A DNA stretch of 64,000 nt, taken from assembly GCA_035941955.1 (NCBI GenBank), contig DASZDO010000096.1, positions 40,534 through 104,533 of the forward strand, given 5' to 3'. This document shows, piece after piece, positions 42,824 to 50,997 of the stretch. The notes below the pieces were generated by a model. That model did not search any database. It was not told the DNA's origin and saw only the letters and a list, made by a program, of their open reading frames with translations. Source of the DNA: Chthoniobacterales bacterium (lineage in GTDB: Bacteria; Verrucomicrobiota; Verrucomicrobiia; Chthoniobacterales; UBA10450). Position 1 is the stretch's first letter. Every line of letters starts with the position of its first letter. Made by a program: the position numbers and the translations under genes.

Positions 42824-45574
42824 CTACAGACTAAAGGCTTCGGCGATCAATTGCGCCTGCTCGCGCTTATGGATCACGAGCGAACCGACCGCCGGACTGG
42901 CACTGGCGTTGCGGCCGGCATAGGTGATTTCGCGGCTGAAAAGCGCCCACAACCGCGGCTCCATGTAGGTCCAGGCGCCCATGTTCTGCGATTCTTCCTG
43001 GCACCAGATCAACTTCGCCTTTTTCGGGAACGGTTCGATCGCGTCGCGCAATTTCTTTTCGGCGAGCGGATAGAGTTGCTCGACGCGAACGATCGCGGCG
43101 TTCGTGATCTTCTCGTTTTCCCGATGATTCAACAGATCGTAATAGACTTTGCCCGAGCAAAGGATCACGCGTTTTATTTTTTCCGGTGGCCCCGCTTCGG
43201 GCGACCCGAGAATTTCTTCGAACCCGCCGCTCGTAAAATCTTCCGTGCGCGACGAAGCCTGTTCGGAGCGCAGCAAACTTTTTGGCGTCATAACGATGAG
43301 CGGTTTGACGAACTCGCGCTTCATCTGGCGGCGGAGAAGGTGAAAATACTGGGCGGAAGTCGTCACGTTGCAGACCTGCATGTTGAACTCCGCGCAGGCC
43401 TGTAAGAAACGCTCGAGCCGCGCGCTGGAATGCTCAGGGCCCTGGCCTTCGTAGCCATGCGGCAGCAGCAACACGATGCCGCTCGGCCGCTGCCATTTCG
43501 ATTCCGCCGGCGCGATGAATTGATCGATGATGACCTGGGCCCCGTTCGCGAAATCGCCAAACTGCGCTTCCCAGAGGCAGAGCATGTTCGGATAGTCGAG
43601 CGAGTAACCGTAATCGAACCCGAGGACCGCGGCCTCGGAGAGGAGGCTGTTGTAAACGCAAATGCGCGCCTGTTTCTCCGCGAGATGGAGCAACGGGATG
43701 TAGGGCTTCCCCGTCTTCGCGTCGTAGATGACCGAGTGGCGGGTGCTGAACGTCCCGCGCCGGCTGTCCTGCCCGGAAAGGCGGACCGGAATCCCTTCGA
43801 GGAGCAACGATCCGAAGGCGAGCGCTTCCGCGTAATGCCATTCGTACGGGCCGCCCGCTTCGAAAACCTCGCGGCGCCGGTCGAGCACCGTGCGGCGAAT
43901 TTTCGGGATGACGTCAAAGTCTTCTGGAACGCGCGTGAGTCCGTCGACGATCTGGCGCAGCGTCTCGAGGCTGATCTTCGTCGGCGCACCCTCATCCGTG
44001 TATTGCGGCTGAAACACCGCGGTCGATTCCTTGAAGCGCTCCTGGCCGCCCGCCGTTTCTTCCTCGATCGACTTCACTTCCTGCAAGACCAGCTCGAGAC
44101 GCATCTCGAACTCCGCTTCCAGGCTGGCGGCTTCGTCCTCGCTCAGTGTCCGCGCATCGATGAGCTCTTTCTTGTAGAGTTTGGCGACGGAAGGGCGCTC
44201 CTGGATTTGCGCATAGAGATCGGGCTGGGTAAACGAAGGCTCGTCTCCTTCGTTATGGCCGAAGCGCCGGTAACAATACATGTCGATCACGGCGTCACGT
44301 CCGAACTCCTGCCGGAAATCGAGCGACATCTGCGTGACAAACAAGACCGCGAGCGGGTCGTCGCCATTCACGTGGAGAATCGGCACCTCGATCATCTTCG
44401 CGACGTCCGTCGCGTACATCGACGACCGCGCGTCCTCGGGCAGGGTCGTGAAACCGATCTGATTGTTTACGACCACGTGCAGAGTCCCGCCGGTGCCGTA
44501 ACCGGGGAGCTGCGACATGTTGAGCGTCTCCGCCACGATCCCCTGGCCCGCAAAAGCGGCGTCGCCGTGAATGAGCAATGGCAACACTTTCCGCCTCAGT
44601 TCCGTGTCGCCATGCATGCGCTGCCGGGCCCGCGCCGTTCCTTCCACGACCGGATTGACGGCTTCGAGGTGGCTGGGATTGGCGGCGAGCCGGATCTCAA
44701 CTTCGGCGTTATCCTCGAGTTTGCGGACCGTTCTATATCCCAGGTGATATTTCACATCGCCGTCGCCCGCGACGAGGTTCGGAATGAAGTTGGTCGAAAA
44801 TTCCGTGAAGATGACCTGGAGCGATTTTTTCAGAAAATTCGCCAGGACATTGAGCCGGCCGCGATGGGCCATGCCCATGCAAATTTCCTCGATCCCCTTC
44901 CCCGGGCAGCGTTGCAAAACCGTGTCGAGAATGACCATGAGCGACTCAGCGCCCTGGAGCGAGAAACGCTTTTGCCCGACGTACCGCGTGTGCAGGAAAG
45001 TTTCGAACGTCTCGGCTTCCAGGAGGGTGCGGAGGATCGCGATCTGCGCTTCTCGTGAGGTGTTGAGCTTGGCCGGACGCGATTCGAGCCGATGCAGGAC
45101 CCAATTACGAATGCGCGGGTTCTGAATGTGCTGAAACTCGGCGCCGATCGTGTCCGCATAAATGCCTTCGAGCGCCGCGATCATTTCGCGCAGCGTCATC
45201 TTGCGATTGTCCAGGAAGAACTTGGACGAGACCTGCATATCCAGGTCCTTCTCGCTAAAGCCAAGCTCGCGCAGGCTCAGCAGCGGATTTTCCGGCCGCT
45301 TTTTCGCGAGGGGATCGAGGCGCGCAATGGTGTGCCCGAGGGTCCGATACGCATAGACCAGCCCATCGATCCGAGTCTGAAGCGGACTTTCGCAAATCTC
45401 CGGACCCGGCTGCGCCGCTGCCGCCGCGCCGTTGAGCAAATGGAGATCGCCGAGCTCGAAGCCTTCGAAAAACGCCGACCAGCTTGAATCGACCGATTGG
45501 GGATCGTTTTGCCAGCGCTCATAGTTTTCCTCGAGCAGGTTGAGGTTCAGTCGAGTGGCGAAAGAGGGGCGCAT
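42824..45574 (-). CDS. sucA: 2-oxoglutarate dehydrogenase E1 component
   Basis: SucA-like sequence begins at MRPSFATRLNLNLLEENYERWQNDPQSVDSSW (ATG at 45574). The 1212-aa track ORF is an upstream over-extension. Confidence 0.9.
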   Translation of the reverse strand: MRPSFATRLNLNLLEENYERWQNDPQSVDSSWSAFFEGFELGDLHLLNGAAAAAQPGPEICESPLQTRIDGLVYAYRTLGHTIARLDPLAKKRPENPLLSLRELGFSEKDLDMQVSSKFFLDNRKMTLREMIAALEGIYADTIGAEFQHIQNPRIRNWVLHRLESRPAKLNTSREAQIAILRTLLEAETFETFLHTRYVGQKRFSLQGAESLMVILDTVLQRCPGKGIEEICMGMAHRGRLNVLANFLKKSLQVIFTEFSTNFIPNLVAGDGDVKYHLGYRTVRKLEDNAEVEIRLAANPSHLEAVNPVVEGTARARQRMHGDTELRRKVLPLLIHGDAAFAGQGIVAETLNMSQLPGYGTGGTLHVVVNNQIGFTTLPEDARSSMYATDVAKMIEVPILHVNGDDPLAVLFVTQMSLDFRQEFGRDAVIDMYCYRRFGHNEGDEPSFTQPDLYAQIQERPSVAKLYKKELIDARTLSEDEAASLEAEFEMRLELVLQEVKSIEEETAGGQERFKESTAVFQPQYTDEGAPTKISLETLRQIVDGLTRVPEDFDVIPKIRRTVLDRRREVFEAGGPYEWHYAEALAFGSLLLEGIPVRLSGQDSRRGTFSTRHSVIYDAKTGKPYIPLLHLAEKQARICVYNSLLSEAAVLGFDYGYSLDYPNMLCLWEAQFGDFANGAQVIIDQFIAPAESKWQRPSGIVLLLPHGYEGQGPEHSSARLERFLQACAEFNMQVCNVTTSAQYFHLLRRQMKREFVKPLIVMTPKSLLRSEQASSRTEDFTSGGFEEILGSPEAGPPEKIKRVILCSGKVYYDLLNHRENEKITNAAIVRVEQLYPLAEKKLRDAIEPFPKKAKLIWCQEESQNMGAWTYMEPRLWALFSREITYAGRNASASPAVGSLVIHKREQAQLIAEAFSL

Positions 45575-45613
45575 GGCGGCTTCAATCTGCAAAGATTCGG
45601 TGGGTGCGGCAAG

Positions 45614-45642
45614 TTGACAGTGCGAAGAGTGTTCCGTTACTT
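45614..45642 (+). promoter_or_regulatory. Putative promoter of the HtrA-like gene in the sucA/htrA divergent gap
   Basis: TTGACA-N17-TTACTT, ending 10 nt before the ATG at 45653. Confidence 0.35.
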
Positions 45643-45652
45643 GCAGCGCAAA

Positions 45653-46822
45653 ATGATTCTGAGAGGAAAATTGCCGCCCTGGTTGAGGAACAGCGCGTGG
45701 GGCATTTGGCTGCTCGCCGCGTCTGTTCCGTCTGTTTTGGCCCAGGCCGACCCTGCCACCGAGCCGGCGGTGCTGGCCGTGGCCAAGGTCTTGCCCGCCG
45801 TGGTCAATATCAATACCGAGCGGATTGTCCGGCGCCGGGTGCGCGACCCGTTTGAAGATTTCGCCGCGCAATACTTCGGCAATTACCGCAGCCGCCGGCC
45901 CCGCGAAATCCGGCAAACGCTTCAGAGCCTGGGCTCGGGATTTATCGTCGATCCCGCGGGTTATATCGTGACGAACGAGCACGTGGTACAACGCGCCGCC
46001 GATTTGAAGATCGAGGTGACGATGAACGACGGGAAAACCTATAATGCCCACTACATCACGGGCGACCAAAAGAACGACCTCGCCTTCATCAAGATCGACG
46101 CCAAAGCGGATTTTCCGTTTATCAATCTCGACAACGTTTCGCCAAACCTCCTCGGCCAGACGGTGCTCGTAGTCGGAAACGCCGCCGGATACGGCAGCTC
46201 GATCAGCCGGGGCATCTTGAGCGGCACAAAACGCGAAATCACCATCGACGAAACCGACTACAAGGATTTGCTCCAAACCGACGCCGCCATCAATCCGGGC
46301 AACAGCGGCGGCCCGCTCATCGATCTCTCCGGACGGCTTGTCGGCGTCAGCTCGGCCAAGATGGCTTTTACCGCACAAGGCGTCCCGACCCAGGGCCTGG
46401 GCTTCGCCATTCCCGCGGAAACGGTCCGCGCCAGCGTCGCCCAGTTTAAAATCGCGGCGCAAAACCAGCCATCACCAAAACCCAAACCGGCCGAAAGCGA
46501 AGCGACCGCCTCGCAAGCCGGGCGGCTGTTCGGACTGCAACTGCAAAACCTGACACCGGATCTGACCGATGCGCTCGGGTATGTCCAAGGCCGGGGTGTG
46601 CTGGTTAGCGCGGTCGAGCCCGAGAGTCCCGCGGATCACGCGGGAATCCGGCGCGGCCTCGTAATTTATCGCGTCGGGCGCTACAATGTTTCGTCCATCA
46701 AACAACTGGAGAACCTGCTCGCGCGGGTGGAACCTGGCACCAGCGTCGTTTTCACCGTCGGCATCGTGCGCGCGAACGGACGGGGCGAACAAGTCGAGAC
46801 AGTTCCTTTGACCGCGCGCTAG
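45653..46822 (+). CDS. HtrA/DegP-family (S1C) serine protease with one PDZ domain
   Basis: Catalytic triad contexts TNEHV, NDLAFIK and GNSGGPL. PDZ region GVLVSAVEPESPADHAGIRRGLVI. Signal peptide after the Met at 45653. Confidence 0.85.
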   Translation: MILRGKLPPWLRNSAWGIWLLAASVPSVLAQADPATEPAVLAVAKVLPAVVNINTERIVRRRVRDPFEDFAAQYFGNYRSRRPREIRQTLQSLGSGFIVDPAGYIVTNEHVVQRAADLKIEVTMNDGKTYNAHYITGDQKNDLAFIKIDAKADFPFINLDNVSPNLLGQTVLVVGNAAGYGSSISRGILSGTKREITIDETDYKDLLQTDAAINPGNSGGPLIDLSGRLVGVSSAKMAFTAQGVPTQGLGFAIPAETVRASVAQFKIAAQNQPSPKPKPAESEATASQAGRLFGLQLQNLTPDLTDALGYVQGRGVLVSAVEPESPADHAGIRRGLVIYRVGRYNVSSIKQLENLLARVEPGTSVVFTVGIVRANGRGEQVETVPLTAR

Positions 46823-46837
46823 GAACTGCAGGCGAAG

Positions 46838-46930
46838 CAGTGGAGCAATGGAGTAATGGAGTGGTGGAGTAATGAATGATAAGTCTTCCAATACTCCAGC
46901 ACTCCATTGCTCCATTGCTGCATTACTCCA
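46838..46930. repeat. ORF-less long hairpin built from ATGGAG(C/T)A words
   Basis: The left arm GCAGTGGAGCAATGGAGTAATGGAGTGGTGGAGTAATG faces the right arm ATACTCCAGCACTCCATTGCTCCATTGCTGCATTACTCC across a ~15-nt loop. Confidence 0.8.
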
Positions 46931-47013
46931 AAGTGAGTCCGCGATGAGACTTTCCGATGGATGAAAAATCTCAACGCCATGCGGGTTCAGTTGTCTGACA
47001 GCATTACCAATTC

Positions 47014-47949
47014 ATGATCAAAGTCGAAAACCTCACCAAACGCTACGCGGGCCAGACCGCGATTCAGGACCTGAATTTCGAGGTCGGCAAGGGCGAGATC
47101 ATGGGGTTTCTCGGGCCCAACGGCGCTGGAAAAAGCACGACGATGCGGATCCTTTCGAGCTTCATGCCGCCCACTTCCGGGCGCGCATCCGTCGCCGGTT
47201 TCGACATTTTCGAGCAATCGCTCCAAGCCCGGGCCCATCTCGGTTACATGCCGGAAAACGTCCCGCTCTATAACGACATGCGGGTGACCGAGTACCTCGA
47301 TTACCGCGCGGCCTTGAAAGGCGTGCCGCATCGGCGGGTCGCGGAGCGCGTCGGCGACGTGAAAGAACTGTGCGGGCTCAAAGAGGTGGAGAAAAAAATG
47401 ATCGGCGCGCTTTCCAAGGGTTACCGGCAGCGGGTCGGCCTGGCGGATGCGCTCGTCCACGAACCCGACCTGCTTATTCTCGACGAGCCGACCAGCGGGC
47501 TGGATCCCAATCAGATTCGCCAGGTCCGCGACCTGATCAAGAACCTCGGCAAGCTTCACACCATTCTGCTTTCCACCCACATTCTGCCCGAAGTCGAGAT
47601 GACCTGCAGCCGCGTGATCATAATTAACAAAGGACGCATCGAGGCCTGCGATACGCCCGAAAATTTGCTCGGCCGGATCAGGACGGCGAGCGGAGTCATC
47701 GTCGAAGCGAAGGTCGGGTCGGACAACGGCGCCGAGGAACTGAAGAAGATTTCAGGGGTTCGCGATGTGATCCCGTCAGCCGATGGAGAGTGGCAGATTT
47801 TCGCGTTGCGTGTGGAAGCCGACACGGACGTGCGCGAGGAAATCTTTCGCCTGGCCAGCGCGCGCCGCTGGACCTTGCGCGAACTATCGCAGCGCAAAGC
47901 GACGCTCGAAGATGTGTTCGTCGAAATCACGCATCCGGATGCGGTCTGA
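47014..47949 (+). CDS. ABC transporter ATP-binding protein (GldA-like)
   Basis: Walker A GPNGAGKST, signature LSKGYRQR and Walker B LLILDEP. Confidence 0.9.
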   Translation: MIKVENLTKRYAGQTAIQDLNFEVGKGEIMGFLGPNGAGKSTTMRILSSFMPPTSGRASVAGFDIFEQSLQARAHLGYMPENVPLYNDMRVTEYLDYRAALKGVPHRRVAERVGDVKELCGLKEVEKKMIGALSKGYRQRVGLADALVHEPDLLILDEPTSGLDPNQIRQVRDLIKNLGKLHTILLSTHILPEVEMTCSRVIIINKGRIEACDTPENLLGRIRTASGVIVEAKVGSDNGAEELKKISGVRDVIPSADGEWQIFALRVEADTDVREEIFRLASARRWTLRELSQRKATLEDVFVEITHPDAV

Positions 47950-47952
47950 GCG

Positions 47953-48476
47953 GGAGTGGAGCAATGGAGTAATAGAGTAATGGAGTAATGGAACGTTACC
48001 AGACAGAGCTTCGGAATAAGAACCGCGGGTACATGAAGTTAATCGTTTGGCAGAAAGCTATGGAGCTGTTTGGACTCGTCTGGAAGCTGACCTACGTGGA
48101 AGCACAAATTGATTTCAAACTTCGGGCGCAAGTGGCCGATGCAGCCCAATCAATTTCCGCGAACATTGCCGAGGGATATGGCCGGCGATCGGTTAAGGAG
48201 TACCTGCAGTTTCTCTATGTCGCACTTGGATCGTCGGCAGAGACCATGACGCGGACGCTGGGACTTAATTTAGTCCATCAACTCTCCGGCGAACGAATTC
48301 GCGAGTTCGATCTTCTCCACTATGAGGTTGAAAACCGCCTGCTGCGCCTGATCGAGAAGCTCGAACAAAAGCGGGATGACGAAGATTGGATCGCGCGCAT
48401 CTCAGAAGACCCGTCCGAGTACGATCCCGGTCCCATTACTCCATTACTCCATCACTCCACTACTCCCCCACTCCGC
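47953..48476 (+). mobile_element. Inverted-repeat-flanked four-helix-bundle ORF cassette (IVS-like insertion) between ABC ATPase and permease genes
   Basis: The left arm GGAGTGGAGCAATGGAGTAATAGAGTAATGGAGTAATGG (47953-47991) is the near reverse complement of the right arm CCATTACTCCATTACTCCATCACTCCACTACTCCCCCACTCC (48433-48476). The ORF fills the loop. Mobility is inferred, not shown. Confidence 0.35.
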
Positions 48477-48491
48477 TCCGTCCATGCGTAA
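47988..48491 (+). CDS. Four-helix-bundle protein (23S rRNA intervening-sequence protein family)
   Basis: LIVWQKAMEL...FKLRAQVADAAQSISANIAEGYGRRSVKEYLQFLYVALGSSAET is the family signature. Both the start codon and the C-terminal tail lie inside the repeat arms. Confidence 0.8.
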   Translation: MERYQTELRNKNRGYMKLIVWQKAMELFGLVWKLTYVEAQIDFKLRAQVADAAQSISANIAEGYGRRSVKEYLQFLYVALGSSAETMTRTLGLNLVHQLSGERIREFDLLHYEVENRLLRLIEKLEQKRDDEDWIARISEDPSEYDPGPITPLLHHSTTPPLRSVHA

Positions 48492-49239
48492 ATTCTACAC
48501 TCTTCTCTCCCGCGAAATTCGGAGCCATTTTTACTCGCCGATCGCTTACATCGTTCTCGTCTTTTTCTCCCTCCTTACCGGAGCCGATTTCTACCTTCAG
48601 CTCTCTTTCATGAATGGGCAGCCTGTCTCCTATTCACTCCAGGAAGCGTTCTTCAATTCCGTTTTCTTCTGGTTCGCCTTTGTCCTGATCTTTCCGCTTA
48701 TCACGATGCGCTTGTTTGCGGAGGAATTTAAGCTGGGCACGATCGAACCGCTCATGACCGCGCCGGTGCGCGATTGGCAGGTGGTGCTGGCGAAATTCTT
48801 CGGAGCGCTCTTCTTTTACGTGATTCTTTGGCTCCCGACGCTCCGTTATTTCAGGGTTTTCCAAGCGATAACAAATCAGTCAGCCGCGAACTCGACCGGC
48901 GCCTACCTCGGCGCGTATTTGATGCTGCTCTTGCTCGGCATGTTTTACCTCTCGATCGGCTGTCTCGCCTCGGTCCTGACCAAAAACCAGATCGTCGCGG
49001 CGGTCATTGCTTTTTGCGCCATCACGCTCCATTTTTTCTCCGGCCTCATCTCGTTTGTGCTCAAGGAAGTGAGTTCCGAAGCCCGGCAATTACTCGGCTA
49101 CTTCTCCGCGATCGAACAAATGGGAACGCTCTCACGCGGTGAGATCGATACGCGGCCGATGGTTCTCTACGTCAGCATGACGATCGTGATGTTGACGCTG
49201 ACCTATCAGGCGTTCCAATCGCGCAAATGGAGACTGTAA
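48484..49239 (+). CDS. ABC-2 type transporter permease (GldF-like)
   Basis: Start at MRKFYTLLSREIRSHFYSPIAY. Six hydrophobic helices. Confidence 0.8.
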   Translation: MRKFYTLLSREIRSHFYSPIAYIVLVFFSLLTGADFYLQLSFMNGQPVSYSLQEAFFNSVFFWFAFVLIFPLITMRLFAEEFKLGTIEPLMTAPVRDWQVVLAKFFGALFFYVILWLPTLRYFRVFQAITNQSAANSTGAYLGAYLMLLLLGMFYLSIGCLASVLTKNQIVAAVIAFCAITLHFFSGLISFVLKEVSSEARQLLGYFSAIEQMGTLSRGEIDTRPMVLYVSMTIVMLTLTYQAFQSRKWRL

Positions 49240-50774
49240 AGATGGCCGCGCACGATTCGCCCACCGACAAACCGCAGGAGATCCACCGCGTTCGGATCGG
49301 TCTGAACGTTCTGGTGCAGGTCGCCATCGTGCTCGTCCTGGCGTTGATGGTAAATTACCTCGGGTTCGAACATTACCGCCGCTGGGACCTGACTCGCGAC
49401 CAGAAATTCGCGCTTTCGGACAAAACAAAGCGCTTTCTCCAGAGCATGAAAGGCAAAGCGCGGATCACGGTTCTCTTCCTCTCCAATGACCCCATCGCTT
49501 CCGATGTGCAGGGAATGCTGACGGAATTTCAATACGCCGCGAAAAAGAAACTCGATGTCGAGCACATCAATTTGGAACGCAATCCGACCCGGGCGAAAGA
49601 GCTTTTCAACAAGTACAAGGTCGTCACCGGCGAGAACCTGCTGATCATCGATTACGAGGGGCGCAACAAAACCGTGAAGGCGTCTGAGATGGCTGAGATC
49701 GATCCGGGACAACCGATGTTCGGCGATCCGCCGAAAGTGGTGGCCTTCAAGGGCGAGCAGGCACTGACGAGCGCATTGATGGAACTGGTTGAAGGGACCA
49801 AGAACACGCTCGGTTACGTGGTGGGACATAAAGAACCGTCGATCGCAGAAGCGCCGCCGCCCAATCCGATGACGCCGGAAACGAAGACCAGCCCGATCCG
49901 CGTGCTAAAAACCTTTATCGAGAACGAGAACGTCAAGTTCCAGGAACTGAATCTTTTCGAAGTCGGCGTGATCCCGCCGGAGCTGAAGGCTGTCATGATC
50001 GCCGGCCCGCAGTACGATTTTTCCGACCGCGAAATGGAGCTGCTCCGCGCTTTTTGGGAAAAGCAGGGGCGCATTCTGCTCCTGCTCGATCCCGCGGCGA
50101 AAACCCCCAAGCTCCACGCATTTCTCCAGGAGCTGGACGTGAAGGTAAACGACGACCGGCTGCTGGCCTGGGCCAAAACGGGCATTCAGGAAGTGGCCCT
50201 GGTCCGGGACGTGCAAGCGGTTTTCCTCGGCGAAAATCCGATCACAAAACGCCTGGCTGACGCCCGGAGTATTTTCCCTGGCGGCGTTAGTTCACTCACG
50301 CTCGAGCCGGAACGGGTGCGCGTCGCGAACATCCGCTTGCAGCCGCTCGTGCGCGCCGAGAAGGGTTACTGGGCCGAGACCGATTATAACTCGGACGACC
50401 AGGCGAAGTTTCAGGCCAACGCGTTGGAGAATGGCGAAGCGCTCCACACGATCGCGGCCTCGATCGAGAAAGGCGGCAGCGGCGACGAACGCGTCCAGAC
50501 CAATTCATCGCGAATGGTGTTGGTGGCCAACTCGATGTTCATCGAAGACTCCGTTATTAGTCAGGGGCAGCAGCCGCTCGATTTCATCTCAGGCTGCGTG
50601 AACTGGCTCTTGAATCGGGAACAGCTCATCGGCATCGCGCCGAAAATCCCGCAGACCCTCACCTTCAGTCTCGACGAAGACGCGCTGCGGAACTTGCGCT
50701 GGATGGTCCTCGTGATCATGCCGCTCATTCCGGCGGTCGTCGGCTTCGCCGTCTGGTGGCGCCGCCGCACCTAA
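49227..50774 (+). CDS. GldG-family ABC-transporter auxiliary protein
   Basis: N- and C-terminal TM anchors and a large periplasmic domain. Its position after the GldA/F-like genes is as in GldG clusters. Confidence 0.7.
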   Translation: METVKMAAHDSPTDKPQEIHRVRIGLNVLVQVAIVLVLALMVNYLGFEHYRRWDLTRDQKFALSDKTKRFLQSMKGKARITVLFLSNDPIASDVQGMLTEFQYAAKKKLDVEHINLERNPTRAKELFNKYKVVTGENLLIIDYEGRNKTVKASEMAEIDPGQPMFGDPPKVVAFKGEQALTSALMELVEGTKNTLGYVVGHKEPSIAEAPPPNPMTPETKTSPIRVLKTFIENENVKFQELNLFEVGVIPPELKAVMIAGPQYDFSDREMELLRAFWEKQGRILLLLDPAAKTPKLHAFLQELDVKVNDDRLLAWAKTGIQEVALVRDVQAVFLGENPITKRLADARSIFPGGVSSLTLEPERVRVANIRLQPLVRAEKGYWAETDYNSDDQAKFQANALENGEALHTIAASIEKGGSGDERVQTNSSRMVLVANSMFIEDSVISQGQQPLDFISGCVNWLLNREQLIGIAPKIPQTLTFSLDEDALRNLRWMVLVIMPLIPAVVGFAVWWRRRT

Positions 50775-50777
50775 ACG

Positions 50778-50982
50778 CAGCAATGGAGCAATGGAGCAAC
50801 GGAGTGATGGAGTAGTGGAGTAATGGGTTACTGCCAAACAGGAGGAGAAAGCGTGCGAACCGCCGGCGATCCATCCGGATCGGTCACTGGTCAATCGCGT
50901 TCGAGCCGCAACACTCCAACACTCCATTACTCCATTACTCCAACACTCCAACACTCCATTGCTCCATTGCTCCATTGCTCCC
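50778..50982. repeat. ATGGAG(C/T)A-word inverted repeat with ~85-nt non-coding core
   Basis: The left arm GCAGCAATGGAGCAATGGAGCAACGGAGTGATGGAGTAGTGGAGTAATGG (50778-50826) faces the right arm ACACTCCAACACTCCATTACTCCATTACTCCAACACTCCAACACTCCATTGCTCCATTGCTCCATTGCTCC (50910-50982). Confidence 0.8.
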
Positions 50983-50997
50983 TTCCAACGGATCGTC

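Noticed and set aside
43430-45058. Long antisense or alternate-frame ORFs in GC-rich genes:
- 43430..45058 + (542 aa)
- 34328..35563 + (411 aa)
- 16416..17522 + (368 aa)
- 39985..40845 +
- 41927..42772 +
- 27838..28650 -
- 35436..36245 -
- 15789..16406 +
   Set aside because: Each lies entirely inside a strongly supported gene on the other strand or frame (sucA, recO/GT39, uxs, lpdA, sucB, permease, aspartyl protease). Each has the Arg/Ala/Gly/Pro-rich composition typical of shadow ORFs in high-GC DNA.
45575-46462. The upstream 296 codons of the 1212-aa track ORF (42824..46462, minus) as part of sucA, or as a separate gene.
   Set aside because: SucA similarity starts at MRPSFATRLNLNLLEENYERWQ (ATG at 45574). 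The extension is Arg/Gly/Asp/Ala-rich with no family resemblance. It is antisense to the well-supported HtrA-like gene.
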